A stretch of DNA of 64,000 nucleotides from Candidatus Cloacimonadales bacterium (lineage in GTDB: Bacteria > Cloacimonadota > Cloacimonadia > Cloacimonadales > DAONDQ01): NCBI GenBank assembly GCA_963662275.1, contig OY759316.1, positions 1,888,001 through 1,952,000 of the forward strand. Direction: 5' to 3'. The notes below the pieces were generated by a model. That model saw only the letters and a program-made list of their open reading frames with translations, had not been told where the DNA came from and made no database searches. This document shows positions 39,101-49,100 of this stretch, piece by piece. The translations under genes were made by a program, and so were the position numbers. The stretch's first letter is position 1, and each line of letters starts with the position of its first letter.

Positions 39101-40603
39101 TGGAGTATATAATCCACCTGAGGTAACCGCGCTTTTTACAAGACTTCCATTCACGTATAGTCTAAGATACGTACCGTCATAAGTTCCTGCAATATGCATC
39201 CATTCTCCTGTCACTAGGACACTATCTGCTCTGATGCCAAAACCTGAGCCGTTTGCTTTCTTGATGTAGAAATGCAAAGAGCGATAGCCTCCATAGATAG
39301 TCCCATCATAACGAAGAACTGCCATTTCAGGTTGGAGAGTGATGTATCTTTGTACAGTCCCATCCAAAGTATTATGATTTATCCAAGTCTCTATCGTAAA
39401 TGACGATAGGGAAGTACTAATACCCGAGCCTGTTACATTGTCGCTAACCCCGTCAAACGCCAGACATTTTCCGGCGATAGTATCAGCGGGCTTTACTTCT
39501 TCATAAGCACCCATATCGATTCTACCATTGATAATGCGGTTCCCGCCTCCAATATCATAAGATCCGACAAGTGATGTCGTAGTTGATGGATCTCCTGTAT
39601 TTAAGCAGGGAGAAATGCTCTGGAGATCAAAAGGGTTTAAACCTGAACCAACAAATAGTGGATTCGTATTAATATTGTTTTCATAAGTACCTGAATATTG
39701 TGGGTACTGTGTGATCAAATCTGCTGATCCACCCTGGATATCGCTATAATATATATTGGGATTGCATTCCTCTGATGTAAATACTGATATATCGAAATCT
39801 GAATTTCCATATATAATAGAATTTCTGATGTTAGGTGCCGCATGACTATTGCATCTAATTCCACAACTAGTGTTGTTAACAATTGTACAATTCAGTAAGG
39901 TTGGATTGGCAGCACTAATAAGTATGCCACCTCCATACTGGCTCATGGTAGCTGTATTATTGTAGATCAGCAAATTTTTCAGAATCGCATTGGAATCAAT
40001 CCGTATTGCACCTCCCGCTGTTGCTGTATTGTTCTTGAATACGCAATGCGTAAGATTGATTAACGATGAACTGCTAATATACATCGCTCCACCAGCCCCC
40101 CCTGGAACGGTTGCCGTGTTATTTTGAAATGTGCAATTGGAAATGAGCAGCTTGCTAAAATAGTAAACAAATATTGATCCTCCCCGAGCATCGTCAATCC
40201 CTGATCCGGTCGCTTTTCCGTATTCCAAAGTACAATAGACGATTTTAGAGGAATCATTGGTTGCCGGGGTATAACTAAATATGATTCTATTCCATCCTGT
40301 TGCATGATCATTATTAGTAAAAGTGATCATGTTGGATGCATTGCCTACAGCCAGGAGCCTGCCATTGACCTTTAGAAAGTAATGCCCCTGGAAGGATACT
40401 TTGATCCCCGGATCGATGGTAAGAGTGATTCCACTGTTTACTGTGATATCACCTATTACCCGCACGGAATCCACTCCTGACCAAATCGTGTTTGTAGCTA
40501 TTATTCCTGAAACGTCCATAGACGTTGCCTGGAGCATAAGAGGGAGCATCATAGCCATCATTGTAATGAAGAAAAGTAAATAGATTCTCTTTAACTCTAA
40601 CAT
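36107..40603 (-). CDS. Large secreted protein, same architecture as gene B (gene C)
   Basis: Colinear with B over its full length; ends LFYYVKAVR. Confidence 0.85.
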   Translation of the reverse strand: MLELKRIYLLFFITMMAMMLPLMLQATSMDVSGIIATNTIWSGVDSVRVIGDITVNSGITLTIDPGIKVSFQGHYFLKVNGRLLAVGNASNMITFTNNDHATGWNRIIFSYTPATNDSSKIVYCTLEYGKATGSGIDDARGGSIFVYYFSKLLISNCTFQNNTATVPGGAGGAMYISSSSLINLTHCVFKNNTATAGGAIRIDSNAILKNLLIYNNTATMSQYGGGILISAANPTLLNCTIVNNTSCGIRCNSHAAPNIRNSIIYGNSDFDISVFTSEECNPNIYYSDIQGGSADLITQYPQYSGTYENNINTNPLFVGSGLNPFDLQSISPCLNTGDPSTTTSLVGSYDIGGGNRIINGRIDMGAYEEVKPADTIAGKCLAFDGVSDNVTGSGISTSLSSFTIETWINHNTLDGTVQRYITLQPEMAVLRYDGTIYGGYRSLHFYIKKANGSGFGIRADSVLVTGEWMHIAGTYDGTYLRLYVNGSLVKSAVTSGGLYTPSGSFAFSSSGETFNGRMDEMRIWNYARSQSQIRESMHLPLTGSESGLLNYWQFNADTGTTVMDIVGGCSGTMNSMANEDWIASSIPLGSGSINTQTEMTGTVNFAGTGFSMNYTAQNSASVAVVKINTSPNIIPTDMNEVFDNQYWVVNRYGTGSFNGNMTLTLSEDLTTDDQSHPNHIRLYSRNSGSEGSWNIVTSAISVNASLNQATFSGISEFSQFVVCRNYPSTSNLKGTTLAFNGSNEYINVGNSSSFNTGDYITIEAWIKPNSLAGRTGIFSTRLNNQAGSFQLEVGTGSGGTGRVAVSGVSMWYAQTGDNAITTGEWVHIAYTRAGVGPGSGAGVQYIYINGVSQTITNDNSYSFVSNTSDKVIGSGTQGGQFFNGVMDEVRVWNVARTPDQIRESMYLPLTGSETGLVSYWQFNEATGTQLNDNISTNHGTLINMGNENWMTSILPFSVGISNSQNETAGTVTFTGTGLSSFFTTANGARFTVTKLNSSPNVNPTGVSHVYDTQYWEMNRYGTGSFAANLTFSLNEDLTSENQDFPSDFKLYRRTSYSISNWQYVASASAVNATLKTVTFNAITSTGQFILAYNHSPSLHVTPASITQSLYVGDQANVPLSIENISDLPVNYTISVNPSSGKNSAASTRGNGSPGSYSYSWIDSDQTGGPVFDWLDIAGCGTEIITNGVIDYGNTDDGYKVMPLPFNFPFFNSSYSQVQISTNGLLTFDTGYNGNDNYDNNIPHTATPNSLIAVYWEDLMDVNSNTHIYFYNDSANNRIIIEYLKYTHYDNSSCHETFEVILNANGCITMQYLNASSLNNLCTVGIENQDGIQGVQIVHNASYIHSNLAIKICPMVSMNTWSGTVNAHSTNQVNVQLNAEALWAGDFTSNIVITSNEPFNPQYTTPVNLHVNPYQALNTPQNLTIEKIGLNVKLSWDTVTTANSYKVYACNDPYGTFIDVTSSGSFNSRNKDRNTKSRATWTYSLTGNNKLFYYVKAVR

Positions 40604-40643
40604 TGTTCTCTCCTTATCGTTTTAATACTATCACTTAGAACAG

Positions 40644-40887
40644 GACGCCGTTCCTGCTTTCTGCATTCGAACTTCGCACTTCGAACTTCGCACTTCCCTT
40701 GACGCCGTTCCTGCTTTCTGCATTCGAACTTCGCACTTCGAACTTCGCACTTCCCTTGACTCCGTTCCTGCTTTCTGCATTCGAACTTCGCACTTCGAAC
40801 TTCGCACTTCCCTTGACGCCGTTCCTGCTTTCTGCATTCGAACTTCGCACTTCGAACTTCGCACTTCCCTTGACGCCGTTCCTGCTT
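40644..40887. repeat. 57-bp tandem repeat, 4 copies plus partial (REP core + TTCGAAC/TTCGCAC heptamers)
   Basis: Units start at 40644, 40701, 40758 and 40815, with a partial at 40872; one substitution among them. Confidence 0.93.
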
Positions 40888-40898
40888 GTTATATTTTC

Positions 40899-40992
40899 TT
40901 GCAGAGCAGAACTCTTAATCCCTCCCTTTACAAAAGGGAGGGAAATCGGTCTTCTCCTACAAGCTACAAGCTATCAGCTACAAGCTTCTGCA
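40899..40992. repeat. GCAGA...TCTGC clamp with CCCTCC/GGAGGG hairpin and CTACAAG heptamers
   Basis: Inner hairpin 40919-40943 is nearly identical to 46052-46076; heptamers at 40957-40984. Confidence 0.75.
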
Positions 40993-43900
40993 TTACCTCA
41001 CTGCCTTTACATAGTAAAACATCCTATCGATTCCTGCTGTACTCGAAGTCCAGGTAGCTCTACTCTTCATACCTTTATCTATATTTCTGCTGAAAGTACC
41101 TGAAGATGTGGCTTCAACAAATGTGCCATTAGGACTATTACAAGAGAATATCTTATAGGAAGTGGCTCCGCTGACTGCATCCCAGCTGAGTTTAGGATTC
41201 GAACCCTGAAGTTCTAAAGTGATGTTTAGAGGTATATCAACTGATAACGGATTTTGACGGACAAGGATAAATTGCCCTTCTGTGCTTATCGATTCAAAGG
41301 TTACCTTGTTATCAGCAGAATTGACCGAACTGGCAGAAGCAAGCAATGTCCATCCGCCTGATGATCTGCTTGAACGTGTGTAGAGTTGGATATTCCCTGG
41401 ATTTGATTCCTCACTCGGATAAATGTCTTCATTGATCGTAAAAGTAAGGTTTGCTGAGAAACTGCCTGTACCATAGCGATTCATTACCCAATACTGATTG
41501 TCAAAGACAGTATCAACACCTGTAGGAACAACATTTGGACTGCTGCTCAACTTAGATACTGTGAATCGTGCTCCATTAACCGTGGAAAAGTAGGAACTCA
41601 ATCCTGTTCCTGTGAAGGTTACATACCCAAGGGCTTCAAATTGTGAATTCGAAACTCCTGAGCTAAATGGAAATACAGATGTTATCCAGTTTTCATTTCC
41701 CATATTCATCATTGTGCCGTTGATAAGTGTTATATAATCGTTTAAGATTGTTCCTGATGCTTCATTACATTGCCAATAGCTAATCAATCCCGTTTCAGTA
41801 CCTGTTAATGGAATATACATATTCTGACGAATTTGATCTTCTGTCCGCGGTACACTCCATACCCGAATTTCATCCATAGCTCCGTTGAATAATTGTCCGC
41901 CACTAGTCCCGCCCCCGATCAGTTTATCGGATGAGTTAGCCACAAATGAATAGCTGTTTGTCGTCGTGATTGTTTGAGATACACCATTCACGTAGATAGA
42001 TTGTAATCCACTCTCACCGCCTGTTCCTAAACCACTCCGAGTGTAAGCTATATGAATCCATTCACCTGTAGTAACAGCATTATCTCCAGTTTGAGCTACC
42101 CAAGTATTAATACCGCTAACTGCTACACGCCCGGTTCCTCCTGAACCTCCTCCCACTTCCAACTGGAAGGAACCGCTTAAATTGTTCAGTCTTGTGGAGA
42201 ATATACCTGAGCGTCCCGCCAAACTGTTTGGTTTTATCCAGGCTTCAATGGTTATATAATCTCCTGTATTGAAAGAACTGCTGTTCCCAAGATTGACATA
42301 ATCGTTCACACCATCGAAGGTCAGAGCTGTTCCGTTTAAATTGCTAATTGTCGGATAATTTCGACATATCAGGAATTGCCCTGTATCTGATATTCCATAG
42401 AAAGTTGCCTGGTTCAGCGATGCATTCACACTGATAGCAGAAGCAATGACTCCCCAGTTTCCATCAGAACCTCTGCTGCGATAATACAGCCTGATCTGGT
42501 TCGGATGAAGCTGGTCATCAACAGTCAGGTCTTCACTCACAGTCAGCGTCATGTTTCCATTGAAAGTACCGGTTCCATAGCGACTCACTATCCAGTACTG
42601 ATTATAGAAGACTGCATTGACAGCCGTGGGAATAAGGTTCGGATTGGTGTTTAGTTTGCTGACCGTAACAGAAGCTGAGTTATGCGCTGTGTAATTCATA
42701 GATAAGTCTGTGCCTGTGAAGGTGACTACGCCTGTAGCTTCGGCGTGTGTATAGCTTACACCGGTGCCAAAGGGTGTAGATGAGACAACCCAATCCGCAT
42801 CCATCATATTGTTTAGTGTGCCATCGCATCCGCCGATTACATCCGGGACGGACGTTCCCATTGACTTGTTGAATTGCCAGTAATGCAGCAAACCGCTTGC
42901 TGTGCCGGATTGACTGTGATGCATTGATTCTCTGATTTGGGTGGCAGAGCGGGCATAGTTCCAGATACGCATTTCATCCAGCTTACCGCTGAGGGTTTCA
43001 GTGCTTCCTCCGAAACGGTAAGTTCCGGTGGGTGCATACAAACCGCCTGCGGGTACGGAACTTTTTACCAGAGTACCATTGAGGTATAGTTTAAGGTTCG
43101 TTCCGTCATAAGTGCCGGCGATATGCATCCATTCTCCGGTTACCAAGACGCTGTCTGCTCTCAGACTCGCCAGACTGCCATTGCTCTTCTTGATATAGAA
43201 ATGCAGGGAACGGTAATCTCCGTAGGTTGTCCCATCATAACGCAGCACTGCCACTTCCGGTTCGAGAGTGATGTAGCGTTCCACTATGCCTTCGGGTATC
43301 ACACTGTGATTAACCCACAACTCAATGGTAAAAGCGGATAGAGCAGTGTTTATGCCTGTCCCGGTAACGTTGTCTCCTGTGCCATCAAATTCCAGACAGT
43401 TGCCGGCGATAACTTCCGGTCCGATTGTGGTGAAAGACCGGATGGGACAGTTTGATGCATTGCCTCCTGAATTGTAGGGAACGATCTGCCAGTAATAGAC
43501 GGTGTGAGGAGCTAACAGCGTTGTGCAATAGTAACTGAGATTTGCACCCATATCCAGGTTGTTGGCGATATTGGTGGGCGAAGCAGTGCCATTTCCGTCC
43601 GTACCAAAGTATAGCTTGTAACCGGTGGGATTGCCACTGCCATCAGCCCAGGTCAGGGTGGGGTGCAGGATTATATCTGTTGCGATATCGACAGGGTCAA
43701 CCAAAGTCGCCGGATCAGGAGGAATCTCATCTATTACAATCTGGTCAAGCTTGATCCAGTCAATAGTAGATTCGGTATCTATCATTCGGAAGGCGATGTA
43801 TTGGGTGCCCTCATATTCTGAAAGATCGAGGGTTAGCTGAGTCCAGGTGGTGGGCATGTTACTTACTGAATTATAGAACGCCAGGGTAGTAGTAAAATCT

Positions 43901-45939
43901 GAGGGGGAATTCGCATTGGGCGAGATCTGAACTTTGAGGCTTGGACCGTATTGTGCCCCCTTGAGCAAGAATTTCAGGCGGTAATTTCTTGTACCCAGGT
44001 TCAGCGCAGGTGTTATCAGCAAATGATTGCCTCCATTGCCGGAGTCTTCGGCAAAAGCTATATAGCTGCCACTGATAACATCATATTGTGCCCTGTACCA
44101 GGGGTGATCACCGCTGGTGGATAGCTGGTTCCAGTTATCAGGTGCAGAAGGTGAACCTTGCCAGTTTCCTTCAAAATCTTCGTTATATGGGAAGCTGCTT
44201 ATCACAGGCGAGGCATCGGTGCTGGCTGAAACTGTTGGTGCAATGCCATCGGTTTTAAAGTCTATGCTGCTGGCTGAGTTTGCATAAGGGTAGATCACAA
44301 AATCATAACTGGTTGAGTAACTCAATCCAGAAAACGAATAGGTGTTTGTCCCGGCATGATGGTCTACGTTCACTGCTCCGTTATTATCTGTCCAGTTATT
44401 GTCATCGGGAACAGGAATGCCATCTGCAACAGTAGTATAGGTTCCGCCAGCCTTTTTAGCCAGGATCAGGTATCGGATTGGAATAACCTCCCCTGTCGAT
44501 CCGGTCCAACTTAAAGTTATAGAGCGATAATTATGACCTGATGCAACAAAGGAAGTGGGGAAATTAGACGGCTCAGTACTCAGGGTCAGTGGCGGTCCGG
44601 CAACGTCATCAATATGAAGATAGAACCCATTGAGTGTAATTGCCTGAATCGCAAGATAGATATTCTGCCCTATAAAGGGGGTAAGGTCATAAGAGTATTG
44701 GAAATAGGTTGCACCAGGCGACTGGTTTGAGCCTAATGTAGTTGCGAACGACGTTATTTGATTGTCGGTGGTGGATAGCTTTACATTAAAACATTCCGGA
44801 CGAGTGTCACTCTGGTTCCTGGACCAAAAAGAGAACACATGGTTAGCTTGGGTAGGTGCCACCCGGGGAGTGACCAACCAGTCATCGTGAGCATAAACAT
44901 CATTATACTCAATCGATGCGTAAGCATTTCCCGAGTGTTGACTATAACTTGTTGACCGAAACCAGGTGTTGAGATCACCTTCATTATATACAGTCCAACC
45001 TGATGGCGGGAAAGCGCTCCCCTCAAATCCTTCGGAAAACCAACTACCGGAAATCCCTACCGATGTTTCCGGCACAGGTGTAGAAGTCAAAAAGTTGATA
45101 TTAGTACCGTAATTCGTATACGGATAGATTCTGATGCTACAGACATCACCCACTGAGAAACCGGAAAAAATATAAGTATTAGTTCCCGCTGCATGTGATA
45201 CGTTTCTTGCCAGGTTGCCATTAGACCAGATGGTGTCATCAGAAACCGGTGTTCCATCGGCGACATTGGCATAGGAACCAACGGTGTTTTTCACCAGGAT
45301 AAGGTATTTAATGGGAAGTTGAGTTCCGGTAGAGCCAGTCCAACTCAAGGTGACTGTATCGGCACTGGTTTGGAATGCCGTAAAATTCGTGACGTGGTTG
45401 CTTGGCTCGGTTTCCCAGGCTAAGGGCGGACCGCTGATATCATCGATAAACAACTGCCACATGTCACGAGAAATTGCTTGTATAGCCACATATACATTTT
45501 GTCCCACGTAGGCATTAAGGTCAAAGGAATACTGCTGAAAATCAGTACCGGGAACCAGATTGCTCCCCAAAGTCACAGTAAAATTCGCCTTTTCTATTCC
45601 GGTAGTGGAGAGCTTGACGTTGAATACCTCGGGAAATTCCATATCTTCGTTGGCTGCCCAAAAAGCGTAAGTGTGATTTGAGGCAGTGGGAGCAAGTCTA
45701 TGCGAAATCAGCCAATCATCGTGGGCATTCGCCTCAAAAAGGATAGATGCGCTATATGAACCGGAATGGCTACGCGCATTGGTACGTTCCCAGGTGTTAG
45801 GGTCTCCTGCGTTTATAACGGTCCAACCATCCGGGGGGAAAGTCGTGCCTTCGAACCCTTGTGAAAGATCAACCGAGAATAACGTTACCACCATTGTTGA
45901 AAATAGGAATAACAATAGTAAGAAAAGTGTTTTTTTCAT
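40993..45939 (-). CDS. Large secreted protein: choice-of-anchor-J/cleaved-adhesin and Fn3-like repeats, 2x LamG-like, FYYVKAVR domain (gene D)
   Basis: Start MKKTLFLL at 45939 after AAGGAG RBS; FEG..FPP.GW...DDWL.S..L...FWA...YSFDL..Y.GQ..Y.AI...L.IDD repeats; EPSNH/EPSNF Fn3-like units. Confidence 0.85.
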   Translation of the reverse strand: MKKTLFLLLLFLFSTMVVTLFSVDLSQGFEGTTFPPDGWTVINAGDPNTWERTNARSHSGSYSASILFEANAHDDWLISHRLAPTASNHTYAFWAANEDMEFPEVFNVKLSTTGIEKANFTVTLGSNLVPGTDFQQYSFDLNAYVGQNVYVAIQAISRDMWQLFIDDISGPPLAWETEPSNHVTNFTAFQTSADTVTLSWTGSTGTQLPIKYLILVKNTVGSYANVADGTPVSDDTIWSNGNLARNVSHAAGTNTYIFSGFSVGDVCSIRIYPYTNYGTNINFLTSTPVPETSVGISGSWFSEGFEGSAFPPSGWTVYNEGDLNTWFRSTSYSQHSGNAYASIEYNDVYAHDDWLVTPRVAPTQANHVFSFWSRNQSDTRPECFNVKLSTTDNQITSFATTLGSNQSPGATYFQYSYDLTPFIGQNIYLAIQAITLNGFYLHIDDVAGPPLTLSTEPSNFPTSFVASGHNYRSITLSWTGSTGEVIPIRYLILAKKAGGTYTTVADGIPVPDDNNWTDNNGAVNVDHHAGTNTYSFSGLSYSTSYDFVIYPYANSASSIDFKTDGIAPTVSASTDASPVISSFPYNEDFEGNWQGSPSAPDNWNQLSTSGDHPWYRAQYDVISGSYIAFAEDSGNGGNHLLITPALNLGTRNYRLKFLLKGAQYGPSLKVQISPNANSPSDFTTTLAFYNSVSNMPTTWTQLTLDLSEYEGTQYIAFRMIDTESTIDWIKLDQIVIDEIPPDPATLVDPVDIATDIILHPTLTWADGSGNPTGYKLYFGTDGNGTASPTNIANNLDMGANLSYYCTTLLAPHTVYYWQIVPYNSGGNASNCPIRSFTTIGPEVIAGNCLEFDGTGDNVTGTGINTALSAFTIELWVNHSVIPEGIVERYITLEPEVAVLRYDGTTYGDYRSLHFYIKKSNGSLASLRADSVLVTGEWMHIAGTYDGTNLKLYLNGTLVKSSVPAGGLYAPTGTYRFGGSTETLSGKLDEMRIWNYARSATQIRESMHHSQSGTASGLLHYWQFNKSMGTSVPDVIGGCDGTLNNMMDADWVVSSTPFGTGVSYTHAEATGVVTFTGTDLSMNYTAHNSASVTVSKLNTNPNLIPTAVNAVFYNQYWIVSRYGTGTFNGNMTLTVSEDLTVDDQLHPNQIRLYYRSRGSDGNWGVIASAISVNASLNQATFYGISDTGQFLICRNYPTISNLNGTALTFDGVNDYVNLGNSSSFNTGDYITIEAWIKPNSLAGRSGIFSTRLNNLSGSFQLEVGGGSGGTGRVAVSGINTWVAQTGDNAVTTGEWIHIAYTRSGLGTGGESGLQSIYVNGVSQTITTTNSYSFVANSSDKLIGGGTSGGQLFNGAMDEIRVWSVPRTEDQIRQNMYIPLTGTETGLISYWQCNEASGTILNDYITLINGTMMNMGNENWITSVFPFSSGVSNSQFEALGYVTFTGTGLSSYFSTVNGARFTVSKLSSSPNVVPTGVDTVFDNQYWVMNRYGTGSFSANLTFTINEDIYPSEESNPGNIQLYTRSSRSSGGWTLLASASSVNSADNKVTFESISTEGQFILVRQNPLSVDIPLNITLELQGSNPKLSWDAVSGATSYKIFSCNSPNGTFVEATSSGTFSRNIDKGMKSRATWTSSTAGIDRMFYYVKAVR

Positions 45940-45964
45940 GAGTAACTCCTTATTAAATTCTCTC

Positions 45965-46121
45965 GTTGAGCAGGACACTGTTCCTGCATTTTATCATTTC
46001 TTGCAGTGCAGAACTAACTCTACTCTTCGAATTAGCTCAGAGCAAGCTTAATCCCTCCCTTTACAAAAGGGAGGGAGATCGGTGCTCCAATCTGCTAATT
46101 CTTAACTCTTAATTCTTAATT
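45965..46121. repeat. Intergenic REP/hairpin mosaic (D-E gap)
   Basis: AGCAGGAcactgTTCCTGC, TTGCAGTGCAGA, CTTCGA..GCTCAG module, CCCTCCCTT/AAGGGAGGG hairpin and TTCTTAA heptamers. Confidence 0.75.
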
Positions 46122-49100
46122 CTACCTCACTGCCTTCACTTTGTAAAACATCCTATCGATTCCTACTGTACTCGAAATCCATGTAGCTCTACTCTTCATA
46201 CCTTTATCTATATTTCTGCTGAAAGTACCTGAAGATGTGGCTTCAACAAATGTGCCATTAGGACTATTACAAGAGAATATCTTATAGGAAGTGGCTCCGC
46301 TGACTGTATCCCAGCTTAGTTTAGGATTCGAACCCTCAAGTTCCAAGGTGATGTTTTGTGGTATATCAACTGATAACGGATTTTGACGGACAAGGATAAA
46401 TTGCCCTACTGTGCTGATCGAGTCAAAAGTTACTTGATTATCGGCAGCATTGACCGAACTTGCAGAAGCAAGCAATGTCCATCCGCCTGATGATGTGCTT
46501 GAACGTGTATAAAGCTTAATGTTCCCCGGATTTGATTCCTCACTGGGATAAATGTCTTCATTAATGGTACAGGTTTGGTTTGCTGAAAAGCTCCCTGATC
46601 CATATCGATTCACGACCCAATACTGATTGTTAAAGACAGTATCAATACCGGTTGGAACGACATTTGGGCCATTGCTTAGCTTGGATACTGTGAATCTTCC
46701 CCAAGTTGTAGATGTAAAGAAGGAACTTAAACCTGTTCCTGTAAAGTCAACAGTACCAGTAGCTTCATATTGTGAGTTCGAAACTCCTGAGCTAAAAGGA
46801 AATACAGAGGTTGTCCAGCTATCATTTCCCATATTCATCATTGTACCGTTGATTAGTCTTACATAATCGTTTAGAATAGTTCCTGAAGCTTCATTACATT
46901 GCCAATAGCTAATCAATCCTGTTTCAGTACCGGTTAAGGGAATATACATATTCTGACGGATTTGGTCTTCTGTCCGTGCTACATTCCATACACGTATTTC
47001 ATCCATAGCTCCGTTGAATAATTGTCCGCCACTTGTACCAGAACCAATCACTTTATCACTTGTATTTGAAACAAATGAAAAGCTGTTATCATCAGACATA
47101 ATTTGTGAAACACCATTGATATAAATATGCTGAATTCCTCCACCACTTCCAGGTCCAACACCAGCACGAGTGTAGGCGATATGCACCCATTCACCTGTAG
47201 AAATGGCATTGTCTCCGGTTTGAGCAAACCACCTACCAACTCCGCTAACTGCAACACGACCGGTTCCGCCTGAGCCTATACCAACTTCCAATTGGAATGA
47301 ACCTGCTTGATTATTTAGTCTGGTGGAGAAAATACCTGAGCGTCCTGCCAGGCTGTTTGGCTTAATCCAGGCTTCAATGGTGATATAATCTCCTGTATTG
47401 AAGGAACTGCTGTTTCCAAGATTGACATAATCATTCACACCATCGAAGGAAAGTGCTGTTCCGTTTAAATTGCTAATTGCCGGATAATTTCTACAGACCA
47501 GGAACTGGCTGCATTCTGAAATACCGGAGAATGTTGCCTGGTTCAGCGCTTCATTCACACTGGTGGCAGTTTTGATAACATTCCAGTTTCCATCAGTATT
47601 GCGTTGGCGTGAATATAACCTGATCTGGTTAGGATGTGCCTGATCATCAGCAGTCAGGTCTTCGCTCACAGTAAGTGTCATAGTCCCATTGAACGAACCT
47701 GTTCCATAGCGATGGACAACCCAGTACTGGTTATCAAACACTTCATCCATTCCTGTGGGAATAATGTTCGGGCTTGTATTGATTTTATTCACAGTTATGG
47801 AAGCCGAATTGTGTATTGTATAATTCATTGAAAGGTTAGTATTTGTGAAAGTCACTACACCAGCAGTTTCCGTTTGAGTATTGCTAACACCACTGCCAAA
47901 AGGAACTGTTGAACCTAGCCAGTCCTCATTTGTCATATTATTCATCGTACCATTACAGTTGCTTATAACATCCAGTACATTTGTTCCTGTTGATTCGTTG
48001 AATTGCCAGTAGTTCAACAGACCGGTTTCCATACCTGTAAGAGAAAGATGCATATTCTCACGGATTTGGGCTTGTGAACGGGCATAATTCCAGATACGCA
48101 TTTCATCCATCTTTCCGTTGAATGTTTCTCCTGAACTACTAAAAGTATAGTTTCCTGATGGGGGATACAAACCGCCCGTTGTTACAGCACTTTTTACAAG
48201 CAATCCATTCACATATAATTTCAAATTAGTTCCATCATAAGTTCCTGCAATATGCATCCACTCGCCGGTTACCAGGACACTATCTGCTCTGAAACCATAC
48301 AAGGAACCACTCGCTTTCTTAATATAAAAATGCAGGGAATTATATTCACCGTAGATTGTTCCGTCATAACGTAGAACTGCCATTTCAGGTTGTAAAGTAA
48401 TGTATCTTTGCACAGTTCCGTTCAGGCTGTTGTGATTTACCCAAGTTTCTATTGTAAAAGCTGTCAGTGAAGGACTAATTCCTGTTCCAGCTACATAATC
48501 ATTACTCCCATCAAAATCAAGAGCGTTACCCGGTATACCATCAGGTGCTGAATGGGTAGTAAAAGACCAAATCGGGCAGTTACTCGCATTTCCGCCTGAA
48601 TTGTAGGGTATAACCTGCCAATAGTATGTCGTATTAAAAGCCATATGTGCCGTTAGCGAATAAGTTAAATTAGTTCCCATATCCAGGTTATTTGCAACAG
48701 ATGTAGGTGGAGTGGTGCCATTTCCATCAGTACCAAAATTAAGCTTATAACCATTGGTGAACCCCCCACCATCTGACCAATTCAATGAAGAGGATACGAT
48801 AACAGCATTTGCAGCATTTGCTGGTGAGACACATACCGCTGGATTAGGCGGTATTTCTTCAATCAGGACATCATCCACCTGATAAGGAAAACCGCTATTA
48901 TCATAATTTCTGAAACCTAAATACTTGATCCCTTCATAAGCGGATAGATCCAAAGTGATTTGGGTCCAGACTGTAGGCATAGTACTACCATTCCAATACT
49001 GAGCTAATGATGTAAAACTCCAGGGATCAGTATTATTATCGCTAATCTGCACTCTCAGCCCTGAACCGCCATTGCTGCCGCCTTTCAGCCAGAATTTCAA

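Noticed and set aside
40631..41103. CRISPR array or repetitive small proteins (ORFs 40631-40864, 40635-40850, 40699-41103)
   Set aside because: No unique spacers; the ORFs arise because the 57-bp unit is a multiple of 3.
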